From Nitrospirota bacterium (GTDB lineage Bacteria; Nitrospirota; Thermodesulfovibrionia; Thermodesulfovibrionales; Dissulfurispiraceae), in contig JBFMCP010000019.1 of the NCBI GenBank assembly GCA_040754455.1, positions 6,385 through 60,635 of the forward strand: DNA of 54,251 nucleotides, given 5' to 3'. The notes under the pieces are model-generated. The model searched no databases. It had not been told where the DNA came from and saw nothing but the letters and a program-made list of their open reading frames with translations. The stretch's first letter is position 1. Each line of letters starts with the position of its first letter. This document shows, piece after piece, positions 9,054 to 17,810 of this stretch. Made by a program: the position numbers and the translations under genes.

Positions 9054-9709
9054 CAATGGGTGTGCCGTTTGCTCTTTTCGAAGAACTGCATGTTGAGCTC
9101 GACCATCTGCTGCTGGATCTTCGCATAGTCGATGCCGAAATCCTGCCGGAGGGCTGCGGCGATATCCGCATAACGGCCGAAGACCCCGCCTACTGACGTG
9201 CTGCTGTAGTTGTGCACGAAGTCCCTGCAGAGCAGATGGGCCTCGTCGGTGGCTATGTGCGGCGTCTTCTTCAGGGCGCCGGCGATCTGTGCGCTTATCT
9301 CTTTCTTCAACCCTTCCGTCTCTTCTCCCTGGACACGTCGCTGAAAGAGATCTCCCACCGGGAGATGCTCGAGATCAAGACACCTGTTAAAGTCTCTGCA
9401 GTTGGGGCAATTGAACCGCAATTCGTCCTTCAGGGTTTCGATGAGGCAGGTCTCGAGAATGTTTCTGAAGGTTGTGTCCGGTATGGCGGAGGTCAGTTCC
9501 ATCAGCTTTGAAGCAAACTCCTCGCTGCTCTGTATGACCTCCGGTGGCGTTTCCTTCACCCGCTTCGAATTCTCCGCCCCGATGATGCTGCTCGCGAGGA
9601 TAACATAATAGTGCAGTTCTTCCGGGAATTCCGTGAGCTTTCTTTTGAGCTCCCTGTCGTTGAGCTCGTAAAGTATCGCCAGTTGTGAGAAGGTGATCCT
9701 GTCGGACAT
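9053..9709 (-). CDS. Hypothetical protein with CxxCx5C cluster
   Basis: 218-aa ORF with SD GGGAG, coupled to mutT; contains CPNCRDFNRC. Confidence 0.8.
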   Translation of the reverse strand: MSDRITFSQLAILYELNDRELKRKLTEFPEELHYYVILASSIIGAENSKRVKETPPEVIQSSEEFASKLMELTSAIPDTTFRNILETCLIETLKDELRFNCPNCRDFNRCLDLEHLPVGDLFQRRVQGEETEGLKKEISAQIAGALKKTPHIATDEAHLLCRDFVHNYSSTSVGGVFGRYADIAAALRQDFGIDYAKIQQQMVELNMQFFEKSKRHTH

Positions 9710-9948
9710 GCCGTAACTCCCATTTAATGAAACTCTTTTATTATACCTGCATTCCGTATCCGGAGTGTGCTGCCCTGTCCTTGTTGATGAAATCTATGCT
9801 ATTTCATCGGGAACTGATATCGAGGGCCGAAAGGCTCGGAGTGATGATGGGAGGGGCTCTCCGGCAGAGAGTGAGCCTGTGTTACTATAAAAGAAGTGCA
9901 ATGGCACGCCCCTCCCGCCGGAATAAAACGGAGGGATACCGGAAGGCC

Positions 9949-9976
9949 TTGACTTTCATGGAAAAATGAGTACAAT
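9949..9976 (+). promoter_or_regulatory. sigma70 promoter of the RRM-rpsU-DEAD cluster
   Basis: TTGACT-16-TACAAT followed by a leader of about 170 nt. Confidence 0.55.
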
Positions 9977-10152
9977 ACTTTTAAAGAGCATGATGGAGCA
10001 TTTTGTTATATCGAAACCGCACCTATCCGTCTTTTACGGTTCTCTATGACATTACCTCCCTATCGTTAATCATCAGACACGGCTCGGTCCGAGGCAGCAG
10101 TACAACAGCAACACAATGGCCTTGCGCCATTCATTAAGGAGGAGAACGGAAT

Positions 10153-10482
10153 ATGGCAAAAAGAATCTATGTAGGGAATCTATCGTACCAGACGGATGAG
10201 GACACCCTGAGAGATGCTTTTGCAGCAATCGGAGAGGTCCGGTCAGTGAGGATTATCACCGACGAAAGCGGCCGCTCAAAGGGATTCGGATTCGTCGAGA
10301 TGGCTTCTGACGAGGCCGCTGATAAGGCTATCTTGACATTGAACGGCACTTCGCTCATGGGAAGAAATCTCGTCGTCAACGAGGCGAGGCCGCAGACAGA
10401 AAGAGGCAGGACAGGCGGGGGGCCCGGAAAGCCGAGAAAATCCTTCGGCGGCGGGGGAAGGGATTCGGGCAAGTGGAGATAA
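10153..10482 (+). CDS. RRM (RNP-1) RNA-binding protein with Gly-rich tail
   Basis: RNP2 IYVGNL, RNP1 KGFGFVEM, VNEARP. Confidence 0.93.
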   Translation: MAKRIYVGNLSYQTDEDTLRDAFAAIGEVRSVRIITDESGRSKGFGFVEMASDEAADKAILTLNGTSLMGRNLVVNEARPQTERGRTGGGPGKPRKSFGGGGRDSGKWR

Positions 10483-10688
10483 AAGTCGAGGGCAAGGACA
10501 TTGAAAAGGCATTGAAGCTCCTCAAGCGAAAGGTGCAGAGAGACGGCCTCATGGGAGAGCTTAAGAAAAGGCGCTACTATGAGAAGCCCTCGGTCAAGCT
10601 GAAAAACAAGCAGAGAGAGGCGGCGAGGAAGAAGGCGAAGAGCGCCCGGCGGAAAGCGGGGATGAGACCGTCTGCCGCCAGAGACTGA
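10473..10688 (+). CDS. rpsU: 30S ribosomal protein S21
   Basis: IEKALKLLKRK...ELKKRRYYEKPS motif. Confidence 0.93.
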   Translation: MEIKVEGKDIEKALKLLKRKVQRDGLMGELKKRRYYEKPSVKLKNKQREAARKKAKSARRKAGMRPSAARD

Positions 10689-10699
10689 AAGGGGATACT

Positions 10700-10894
10700 T
10701 TGGCAAAACATGCGGGAGCATACAAGAGCGAAAAGAGAAAGAAAGAGCTGATGCGCCAGAAAAAGCAGGAAGAGAAGCGGCAGCGACGCTTAAAGAAGGA
10801 TACAGGCAGCGGGCATGCCTCTGATGCAGCGGAACAGGGAGAGGAAGCCAGCGGCGCATCGACCGGGGAGCGCAGGCAGGAGAATAGTGTATGA
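10700..10894 (+). CDS. Small basic hypothetical protein
   Basis: 64 aa with Lys/Arg-rich helix EKRKKELMRQKKQEEKRQRR; SD AAGGGG; operonic position. Confidence 0.65.
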   Translation: MAKHAGAYKSEKRKKELMRQKKQEEKRQRRLKKDTGSGHASDAAEQGEEASGASTGERRQENSV

Positions 10895-10942
10895 AAAGAG
10901 CGGAACGCGGTAACGCTGCAGATATCTTTTAAGGGAGAAACA

Positions 10943-12523
10943 TTGGTGTACACGAACTTCTATGAATTCGGCATCTCTGACAAAATTCTCGTCGCTCTCT
11001 CCGAAATGGGCTTTGAGGCGCCTACCCCTATACAGAAGGCAGCCATCCCGCAGGCCCTGAAGGGAAAAGACATCATCGGTCAGGCACAGACCGGCACCGG
11101 CAAGACAGCGGCCTTTGGTATTCCCTTGCTCGAACAGCGTCCTGAGACCAGGAGCAAATACCCGTACGCCCTTGTCCTCACGCCGACCCGCGAGCTCGCC
11201 GTGCAGGTCTGCCAGGAGCTGAGCAAAATGGGAGCACGGGCAGGCGTCGTATCGCTCCCTGTCTACGGAGGACAGTCCATCGAGCTCCAGATAAAGAGCC
11301 TGAAGCGGGGCGTCGATATCGTGGTAGGGACGCCGGGCAGGCTGATAGACCATATCCAGCGGAAGACGCTCGTCCTTAAAGAGATCAGGTCCGTTGTCCT
11401 CGACGAGGCGGATGAAATGCTGAATATGGGCTTCATAGAGGATATCGAAAAGATCCTGGGCGGAATTCCCGAAGAGCACCAGACCATGCTCTTTTCCGCT
11501 ACCATGCCGAAGGAGATCCTCAATATTGCGAAAAATTATATGAGGAAGCCCGTGCATGTCAGTGTGGATGCCGGCGAAATGGTCGTCGCCAAGATAAAAC
11601 AGGTCTTCTATGAGGTGCGTGATGAGGACAAGGTCAAGGCCCTTACACGGCTGATCGATGTCGAAGGTCCTGCTCTCACCCTCGTCTTTTGTCACACCAA
11701 GAGAGAGGTCGATGAGGTGGCGGGCAAGCTCCAGCAGATGGGCTATCCGGCAGGCGCACTCCACGGTGATTTGACCCAGAGCCAGCGCGACGAAATGATG
11801 CGCAAATTCAAAAGCGGCGATATTGACATCCTGGTCGCTACCGACGTGGCGGCCCGCGGTCTCGATATCCCCGATGTCTCGCACGTCATCAACTTCAGTA
11901 TTCCCCAGGACCCCGAGGGTTATATCCACCGGATCGGCAGAACAGGAAGGGCCGGTAAATCGGGTATCGCCATCACCTTTGTTACGCCTCGTCAATACCG
12001 CCAGCTCAGGCTGATCGAGCAATCGGCAAAGACCCGCATCAAAAAGGAGAAGCTCCCTACCAGGACGGAAGTAAAAAGAGCGCGTGAGAACGACCTTGCG
12101 GACGGCATCGAGGAAGTGATCAGCGAAGGAAAACACACCGCCTTTTACCATCTGGCGAACAGGCTCTTCGAGAAATATCCCCCCGAGGATATCGCTGCAG
12201 CGGCCATGTACATGATGATGGGCGAAGAGCAGATCGAAGAAATCGAGGAGATCACCACCGGCTACGACGGAGGGAAGAGGGGCGTCGTGCGTCTCTTCAT
12301 GACTGTCGGGAGGAAAGACAAGATAAGGGTGGAAGATATCGTCAGGTCCATCGCTGCCGAAGCGAACATCCCTGCCCGGAGGATCGGCAGCATCGCACTC
12401 TATGACACCTTCAGCTTTGTCGAAGTTCCTGCCGACCTCGCCGACAGGGTCATCCGCGCTGTCAATGACAGTATCATGAAGGGAAGAAAAGTCAAAATAG
12501 GCCACGCCAGGAAAAAGAAGTGA
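10943..12523 (+). CDS. deaD: DEAD-box RNA helicase (DeaD/CshA-like) with DbpA-type RNA-binding domain
   Basis: Q motif, AQTGTGKT, PTRELA, DEAD, SAT, ARGLD, HRIGRTGR; C-terminal RRM-like domain. Confidence 0.93.
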   Translation: MVYTNFYEFGISDKILVALSEMGFEAPTPIQKAAIPQALKGKDIIGQAQTGTGKTAAFGIPLLEQRPETRSKYPYALVLTPTRELAVQVCQELSKMGARAGVVSLPVYGGQSIELQIKSLKRGVDIVVGTPGRLIDHIQRKTLVLKEIRSVVLDEADEMLNMGFIEDIEKILGGIPEEHQTMLFSATMPKEILNIAKNYMRKPVHVSVDAGEMVVAKIKQVFYEVRDEDKVKALTRLIDVEGPALTLVFCHTKREVDEVAGKLQQMGYPAGALHGDLTQSQRDEMMRKFKSGDIDILVATDVAARGLDIPDVSHVINFSIPQDPEGYIHRIGRTGRAGKSGIAITFVTPRQYRQLRLIEQSAKTRIKKEKLPTRTEVKRARENDLADGIEEVISEGKHTAFYHLANRLFEKYPPEDIAAAAMYMMMGEEQIEEIEEITTGYDGGKRGVVRLFMTVGRKDKIRVEDIVRSIAAEANIPARRIGSIALYDTFSFVEVPADLADRVIRAVNDSIMKGRKVKIGHARKKK

Positions 12524-12708
12524 TCGTTTTACTTATCCGGTCTTTTCCCGCTGCAGTTTAACTATGGAGTACCGAAGTGCACCACTGCTATGGCATTACG
12601 CCGACACGGTAAAAACGTACCGGGTGATATAAGCCAGGGCCACCCGACTTCTTAGTCGGCGTCCCGAAACGACAGATAGCAGGGGGCTATCGAATAGACG
12701 ACGGCGGT

Positions 12709-12725
12709 TGCCTGTTCGGCAGGCA
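12709..12725. terminator. Hairpin downstream of the barrel gene
   Basis: TGCCTG-TTCGG-CAGGCA followed by TTTT. Confidence 0.45.
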
Positions 12726-12745
12726 TTTTGCCGCGTGCGCCACGA

Positions 12746-13519
12746 TTAGAACACGAACGAAAGGCCGGTAGCGATAAAGAAGCGGGAGCGGTCACGGGGC
12801 CCGCTGAATTCGGAGCCTACTCCCGCATCAAGCACTACTCGTTCCGTGAGCTGATGGCGGACGCCTGCTTCAGCGCCGATGATCTCCTCTTCGCCGTGGC
12901 GGGCCGCCTGCTCGATAAACATATCGGCAAGAATGGTTGTTCTGGTATGCAGCGGCGCTCCGAGGGGATAGCTGGGACCGAGGACAAACCGGTAGCGGCC
13001 TGCACGTTCACCATCCTCTCTTCCATTGATAAACTCGTATGTGGCATTGAAATGCATACTAAGGCGATAAAATGATTTCGTGAGCAATCCCGTTATCTCG
13101 GAGTCGATACCCGAAGAGTCAACACCGGTCGGCAGAGTAACTGCACCTTTAATGCCGAGGGCTGGCATTGTCAGAGTTTCCTGGTTGAAGTTATAGAGCG
13201 CTGCAAAGCTGAGGTCGCCGGACTTCCTTGGGCCATCGACATCGTGCGGGTCGATGAAGAACGTTGTTCCGACCTCAAGGTGAAAATTCGGCAAGGCGCC
13301 ATAAATGAGTTGTGCGGGCAGCAACACCTGGTCCGAAGCATGACGATGCGAGGAAAAGCCTATACCTGCCTCAAGTGCCCATTCGCCCTGGGATACCGGA
13401 TAGGCGTCCTGTAAGTGCAGGGGGCGATTTTCATCGAGATTCTTATGGTCAATAGCAAAGGCCGTAGAGGCGCACCACATTGTCAGTAGAACGGTAAGGA
13501 ATATAAAAAATCGTTTCAT
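12746..13519 (-). CDS. Putative outer-membrane beta-barrel transporter (MetA-pathway-like)
   Basis: Signal peptide ending AFA, alternating amphipathic strands, C-terminal Phe (GLSFVF), GD + P.G motifs. Confidence 0.75.
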   Translation of the reverse strand: MKRFFIFLTVLLTMWCASTAFAIDHKNLDENRPLHLQDAYPVSQGEWALEAGIGFSSHRHASDQVLLPAQLIYGALPNFHLEVGTTFFIDPHDVDGPRKSGDLSFAALYNFNQETLTMPALGIKGAVTLPTGVDSSGIDSEITGLLTKSFYRLSMHFNATYEFINGREDGERAGRYRFVLGPSYPLGAPLHTRTTILADMFIEQAARHGEEEIIGAEAGVRHQLTERVVLDAGVGSEFSGPRDRSRFFIATGLSFVF

Positions 13520-13534
13520 ATCTGCTCCTCCGCC

Positions 13535-14608
13535 TCAGCGGCTTCCGTGCGAGCCGTCCGGCGTATGTCCTTTGTGGGGATATCCTGCGTGCCGGTTCGG
13601 CGTCCTGATCCCCAGCACTTCCTGCACCGAGGGTGGACGGGGCCCCGCGATTCCGCTGCCGTGCGCTGCCCCTGCAGGCGCATGATAATCGCGGTACCGG
13701 TCATCCGGCGCGTGGTTCCGATGGAGATAGATTGCCAGTATCTTCATAAGCTGGTCCCGTTTTGCCCGATGGGTCGGATACAGGTCGGGCCTGCTCAAGA
13801 CATCATCGATGTTGTCGTGCAGCATATGCAGGTTGTCGAAGATGGCGGCGGCTTCGGGAAACCTTCTGCTGAACTCCGGCGATGTCTCCATCATCATCGG
13901 CATCATTTCCCACTCGATCGGTGGGGTGCGGAGATAGCCGTGGTAATGGTCGATAACGCGGGGCATCAGCGAACGCTGCACATCGGAATTGCCCATGAGC
14001 TGGACATCGTATGCGGCAGCCTGAAGCCAATGGTACGCCCATATTTGTGTGTTGAATTTAGGGAACTTGTTCCTGAACGCCTTTGATTCGGGCCAGCTCC
14101 AGAGCTTTCCATGGAGGTCGAGCGGATGAAACGTAATGGCTTCTGGCTTTTCGAGATAATCCTCCAGAACCTTGCGGTAGGCTTTTCCCTTATCGGTGAC
14201 ATTATCAGCGGCAAATATATCATAGAGGCTGCGGTGAAGGGTGTGCGCCCAGTTGAAAGACTTTTGAACCTCCCAGACCATACGTGTGAGGGTCGGAGCA
14301 ATCTGCTCCTCATCCGGAGGGACCGAAGGCGAGCTGAAGATGAAGTCCAGGACCTCGAGCCGCGCCTTTTCGACCTTCAGCGCATCCTGGGTGTTCAGTA
14401 AGGTTTCGGCCAAATGTGCATGGCCGAAATCGATACCGTTGAACTCGCGATACAACTGGGGTAATTCCCGCTGCAGGGCCCATGTCCACAGGCCACGCGG
14501 CGCCCAGCGGTGGTCCCTGGTGGTCCACTGTCCGTGCACCGGCACAATGCCGGTGAGCACAACGAAGATGGCGCAGAGTGCTGCGAAACGAATGTTTCCG
14601 CGTTGCAT
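13535..14608 (-). CDS. Secreted His/Met-rich hypothetical protein, probable metal binding
   Basis: Signal peptide; DFGHAH, HTLH, YHWLQ, HMLHD and MMPMMM motifs; His-rich tail. Confidence 0.8.
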   Translation of the reverse strand: MQRGNIRFAALCAIFVVLTGIVPVHGQWTTRDHRWAPRGLWTWALQRELPQLYREFNGIDFGHAHLAETLLNTQDALKVEKARLEVLDFIFSSPSVPPDEEQIAPTLTRMVWEVQKSFNWAHTLHRSLYDIFAADNVTDKGKAYRKVLEDYLEKPEAITFHPLDLHGKLWSWPESKAFRNKFPKFNTQIWAYHWLQAAAYDVQLMGNSDVQRSLMPRVIDHYHGYLRTPPIEWEMMPMMMETSPEFSRRFPEAAAIFDNLHMLHDNIDDVLSRPDLYPTHRAKRDQLMKILAIYLHRNHAPDDRYRDYHAPAGAAHGSGIAGPRPPSVQEVLGIRTPNRHAGYPHKGHTPDGSHGSR

Positions 14609-14727
14609 AGAAAAATTCTACAAAGAAAAAAGGAGCATTGCAATTGGAAAGGATGAGCTTGAGGCGATGATGCTCCTTGCGGGAGCATGCTTCGAAATTT
14701 AGGAATACCGAGACAAGAGGCGGACGC

Positions 14728-15828
14728 TCACCGGGTATCCCGGAGGATGGCGAGGATCTCTCTTTCCTGCAATTCGATGCTCTCGGTGAGTCTGAACTGG
14801 ACGAGCGCTCTCGCAAGATTGTGTTCCGGATTCCTGACTTTAAAGTAGACATTGCCCTCCAGATAATCGGTGAAGAACCTTAGTCCGAGCTCGAAGGCGA
14901 TCAGGCGGATGGCGTCATAGAGGTATTCGAAGTCGTGGGCGGTGAGGAACTTTTTTGCGACGGAGAAATACCCCTGCAGGATCGCACGGCAAATGTCGGG
15001 ATCAAAACGAACACGCTCCCATTCCCTGACTTCCTCTCCCAGGGGATTGCAGCCCGAACGGAGACCGTCGCCGATATCATAGTGGACCAGTCCGGGTTTA
15101 ACGGTGTCGAGGTCAACCATGCTGATGGCCTGCCCCGCCGCGGGGTCCATCAGAATGTTGTTGACCTTCGGATCGCCGTGAATCGGCCGAAGCAGCAGCC
15201 TGCCCTGAGCCTTGGCTTTCTCAAGGACATTCGTCCATGCACTCCGTTCGCTCACCATTCGTAAGCAATACCTTACTTCGGATGATGCAGGCGCTCCGTA
15301 TTTTGCCAGGACCTTATCGTAATGGTGCAGATAGCGTGGAGTGATGTGGAACCCTTCCAGCGTATCGGCGAGTTTTTCGGGAGGCAGATCACTGAGGAGC
15401 GTATGAAACAGACCGAGTGCATACCCTGCCTCGCGAGCGTGATTACTGTCCCTGATGGTGTCGAACGACCGCCCTTCAATAAAGCTGAGCGCACGCCAGA
15501 ATGCCCCCTCCGCATCAATCCAGTGGTCACGTCCGTCCTGCGCCTGCATGACACGCGGCACTTCCCAGCGGCGGCCCGCTTCGGGAGGGGTACGTTCCAG
15601 GCGCTTGCGCACATGCTCGGTGGCGGTACGCATATTGCGCATGACGAGCTCCGGCCTGCGAAAGACCTGCGTATTGATGCGCTGTAGGACAAAGTGACGT
15701 TCCCCGGCGCCTTCCAAAGTCACTAGAAAGGTACTGTTGATATTGCCGCTCCCGAATTCCCGGACGTCAATAATACTGCCCTCTGGTTTAAATTGTTCTG
15801 CAACGATCAACAGATTATTCACAGTCAC
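14728..15828 (-). CDS. Aminoglycoside phosphotransferase-family kinase (N-acetylhexosamine 1-kinase-like)
   Basis: GSGNINST, LQRIN, HGDPKVNN, DLDT and RFFTDYL.G..YF motifs; true start may be GTG at 15822. Confidence 0.85.
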   Translation of the reverse strand: MTVNNLLIVAEQFKPEGSIIDVREFGSGNINSTFLVTLEGAGERHFVLQRINTQVFRRPELVMRNMRTATEHVRKRLERTPPEAGRRWEVPRVMQAQDGRDHWIDAEGAFWRALSFIEGRSFDTIRDSNHAREAGYALGLFHTLLSDLPPEKLADTLEGFHITPRYLHHYDKVLAKYGAPASSEVRYCLRMVSERSAWTNVLEKAKAQGRLLLRPIHGDPKVNNILMDPAAGQAISMVDLDTVKPGLVHYDIGDGLRSGCNPLGEEVREWERVRFDPDICRAILQGYFSVAKKFLTAHDFEYLYDAIRLIAFELGLRFFTDYLEGNVYFKVRNPEHNLARALVQFRLTESIELQEREILAILRDTR

Positions 15829-16010
15829 TTATTCTATTGAAGAAAGACTGTCTGGGTCAATTTGCATGAGGGAAAAGGCGCGGTTGTGTTATTTTAATGA
15901 CTTCGTGCGCTCATCAACTGTATGTAAATCTCTACACCACTCCCCATCTACAGAGGAGTTGGAACACTATCGTCACCATGAATCAGACGCTTACCTGCCG
16001 CATCCATAGA

Positions 16011-16026
16011 TGGCATATTCCTTGCT
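16011..16026 (+). promoter_or_regulatory. sigma54 (-24/-12) promoter
   Basis: TGGCAT-ATTCC-TTGCT, 57 nt upstream of GTG 16084. Confidence 0.65.
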
Positions 16027-16083
16027 TCTTTGCGCGGAATGACAAGTGCAATACTTATTTCGATACAGAAAGGAGAGCGTAGC

Positions 16084-16548
16084 GTGAGAGAGAATGCAGT
16101 ATTTATTGCTCTTGGTTTTCTTTTCTTGATGGCGGGCGCAGTGCCGGACAGGGCGGCCGCCGAAGTAAACGTCAATGTCGATATCGGGGTCCCTGCGCCG
16201 GTGGTGATCGCCCGGCCTCCCGAAGTGGTGGTGATACCGAGCACATCGGTCTACTATGTCCCCGATGTCGGCATCGATCTTTTCTTCTATTCGGACCGCT
16301 GGTACCGCAGGCATAAGGGCCACTGGTACCGGGCCTCATATTACGATGGCCCCTGGGTCTATGTGCCGCCGAAACGGGTGCCGGCTGCCTTTGTTCGTCT
16401 ACCGAAAGACTATCGAAAAGTTGCCTACCATCAGCATCGCATTCCTTACGGACAGTTGAAGAAAGAATGGAAGGAAGAGAAGCGGCATCACAAAGAAAAG
16501 GAAAAGCGTCACAAGCACGGGAAAGAGCATCATAGAGACGACGATTAG
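16084..16548 (+). CDS. Secreted Pro/aromatic-rich hypothetical protein with His/Lys-rich tail
   Basis: SD AAGGAG, GTG start, signal peptide ending AAA-E, VYYVP...WY...WY...GPW pattern. Confidence 0.75.
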   Translation: MRENAVFIALGFLFLMAGAVPDRAAAEVNVNVDIGVPAPVVIARPPEVVVIPSTSVYYVPDVGIDLFFYSDRWYRRHKGHWYRASYYDGPWVYVPPKRVPAAFVRLPKDYRKVAYHQHRIPYGQLKKEWKEEKRHHKEKEKRHKHGKEHHRDDD

Positions 16549-16570
16549 AACATAGTCGATGCTGCTGTAC

Positions 16571-16598
16571 CGTTATCCCCGTGAAAACAGGAATCCAG
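16571..16598. repeat. Degenerate REP-like palindrome
   Basis: CGTTATCCCCGTGAAAACAGGAATCCAG resembles the widespread GTCATTCCCGCG..GCGGGAATCCAG palindrome class; single copy in the window. Confidence 0.4.
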
Positions 16599-16611
16599 AA
16601 CGCCAGAGGGT

Positions 16612-16633
16612 ATCTTACCCCTTCGGGTAAGAT
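16612..16633. terminator. Hairpin between convergent genes
   Basis: ATCTTACCC-CTTC-GGGTAAGAT, perfect 9-bp stem. Confidence 0.55.
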
Positions 16634-16649
16634 GCGATGCGATGACGTA

Positions 16650-16865
16650 TTAGCTGCGGGAAAAGTTTAAGGAATCTTTAAGGAACGGCTCAAGGTGATT
16701 CTTGGATGATATGTATACGGTGAGCTTGTGTCTCTCTTTAAGCGACAGTGTGTCCCATTCCATATACGATGCCCCCTCCTGGGTCACGCGGAAATCAAAA
16801 GCTCCATTGCGACCCTCGAAGTCAAAACTCTCATCCTCATAACAACCATTCAGCACTGCATTCAT
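16650..16865 (-). CDS. Small hypothetical protein
   Basis: 71-aa ORF with GGAGG upstream; no recognisable motif. Confidence 0.5.
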   Translation of the reverse strand: MNAVLNGCYEDESFDFEGRNGAFDFRVTQEGASYMEWDTLSLKERHKLTVYISSKNHLEPFLKDSLNFSRS

Positions 16866-17054
16866 TGATAACCAGCCTCCACAGAGATACTATTTCGCCC
16901 TAAAAGGCAACCGATAAACTAAAGTAAGTAGAAGAAGATTGTCAATAAAATGCTCTGTGGTAGAGAGGAGAGGTGGGTGATTTCAATTTGATGGAAATAG
17001 GAATATATTACAAGGGAAAATGAGGATGCTTAGTGTGCGGCAGAGGTGAATAAA

Positions 17055-17131
17055 TGGTGCCCCCTAGAGGATTCGAACCTCTGGCCCCAGGTTTAGGAAA
17101 CCTGTGCTCTATCCTACTGAGCTAAGGGGGC
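17055..17131 (-). tRNA. tRNA-Arg(CCT), CCA encoded
   Basis: GCCCCCTTAGCTCAGTAGGATAGAGCA-CAGGT-TTCCTAA-ACCTG...GGTTCGAATCC...GGGGGCACCA. Confidence 0.97.
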
Positions 17132-17182
17132 TCCTGTCGGATTTGAAATAATATATTACCACAAAAAGGAGCAAAATCGCGA

Positions 17183-17659
17183 CTAAAGATCAATATCTTT
17201 CGACCTGTGTGCAATAGCCGCGAAGGCTTTGTTCACTGCGTCTTCCGGGTGCTCAGCCTTGATGACCCCCTTGATGTCCCATGAGCCGATGCCGATGACC
17301 GGTTTGCCGGTTTTGAGGGCAAAGGCGATTTCGGACAGTGTGCCGTATTCTCCTCCTACGGCAATAAGGGCGTCTGCTGAGCGGACGATGAGGACATTCC
17401 TCCCCTCGCCGAAGCCGGTAGCGATAGGGACATCGATGTAGGGATTGGCATCTGCCTTGTCGAGTCGGGGCAGGATGCCGACCGTGATGCCGCCTCCGGC
17501 TTTAGCTCCCCGTGCCGCAGCCTCCATAACGCCGTTGAGCCCGCCGCAGACGAGGAGCGCGCCGCCTCTGGCTATCAGCATCCCCACCTCTTCGGCAATC
17601 TTGCTCAGCGCAGCGCCCGCTTCTCCGGCACCGACAACAGCGATCATTGTTTTTTGCAT
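17183..17659 (-). CDS. TIGR00725 / LOG-like (SLOG) protein
   Basis: CGGLNGVMEAAARGAK, RN..IV, GGEYGTLSEIA. Confidence 0.88.
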   Translation of the reverse strand: MQKTMIAVVGAGEAGAALSKIAEEVGMLIARGGALLVCGGLNGVMEAAARGAKAGGGITVGILPRLDKADANPYIDVPIATGFGEGRNVLIVRSADALIAVGGEYGTLSEIAFALKTGKPVIGIGSWDIKGVIKAEHPEDAVNKAFAAIAHRSKDIDL

Positions 17660-17672
17660 AGATTACTATACC

Positions 17673-17810
17673 AAAATCCGAAGCCCTGCGCTCGAAGTTC
17701 TAAACAAATGCAAAAAAGCAAATAACCTAAGCTGTTTCATGGTTCGAGTATTGGTGTCTATTTAGAATTTAGGGTTCTCGGATTTTCCTGTTTAGGGTTT
17801 CGAATTTAGG
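17673..17810. repeat. Imperfect palindrome with about 7-nt periodicity
   Basis: Arms AAAATCCGAAGCCCT / AGGGTTCTCGGATTTT and inner TTCTAAA / TTTAGAA; tttagaa/tttaggg-type units. Confidence 0.55.

Noticed and set aside
10790..12505. 571-aa minus-strand ORF
   Set aside because: Antisense to the DEAD-box helicase, a common shadow frame; no motifs.
12600..12690. Hammerhead, twister or cobalamin-riboswitch identity for the structured element
   Set aside because: Only fragments (CGAAAC, AAGCC) match; the required cores such as CUGANGA or the B12 box are absent.
14728..15828. Aminoglycoside resistance gene
   Set aside because: The motifs fit the sugar-kinase (NahK-like) branch of the APH superfamily; resistance is not supported.
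16870..17131. Genomic island integrated at tRNA-Arg or tRNA-Pro
   Set aside because: I found no integrase next to either tRNA and no duplicated tRNA 3' end in the window.
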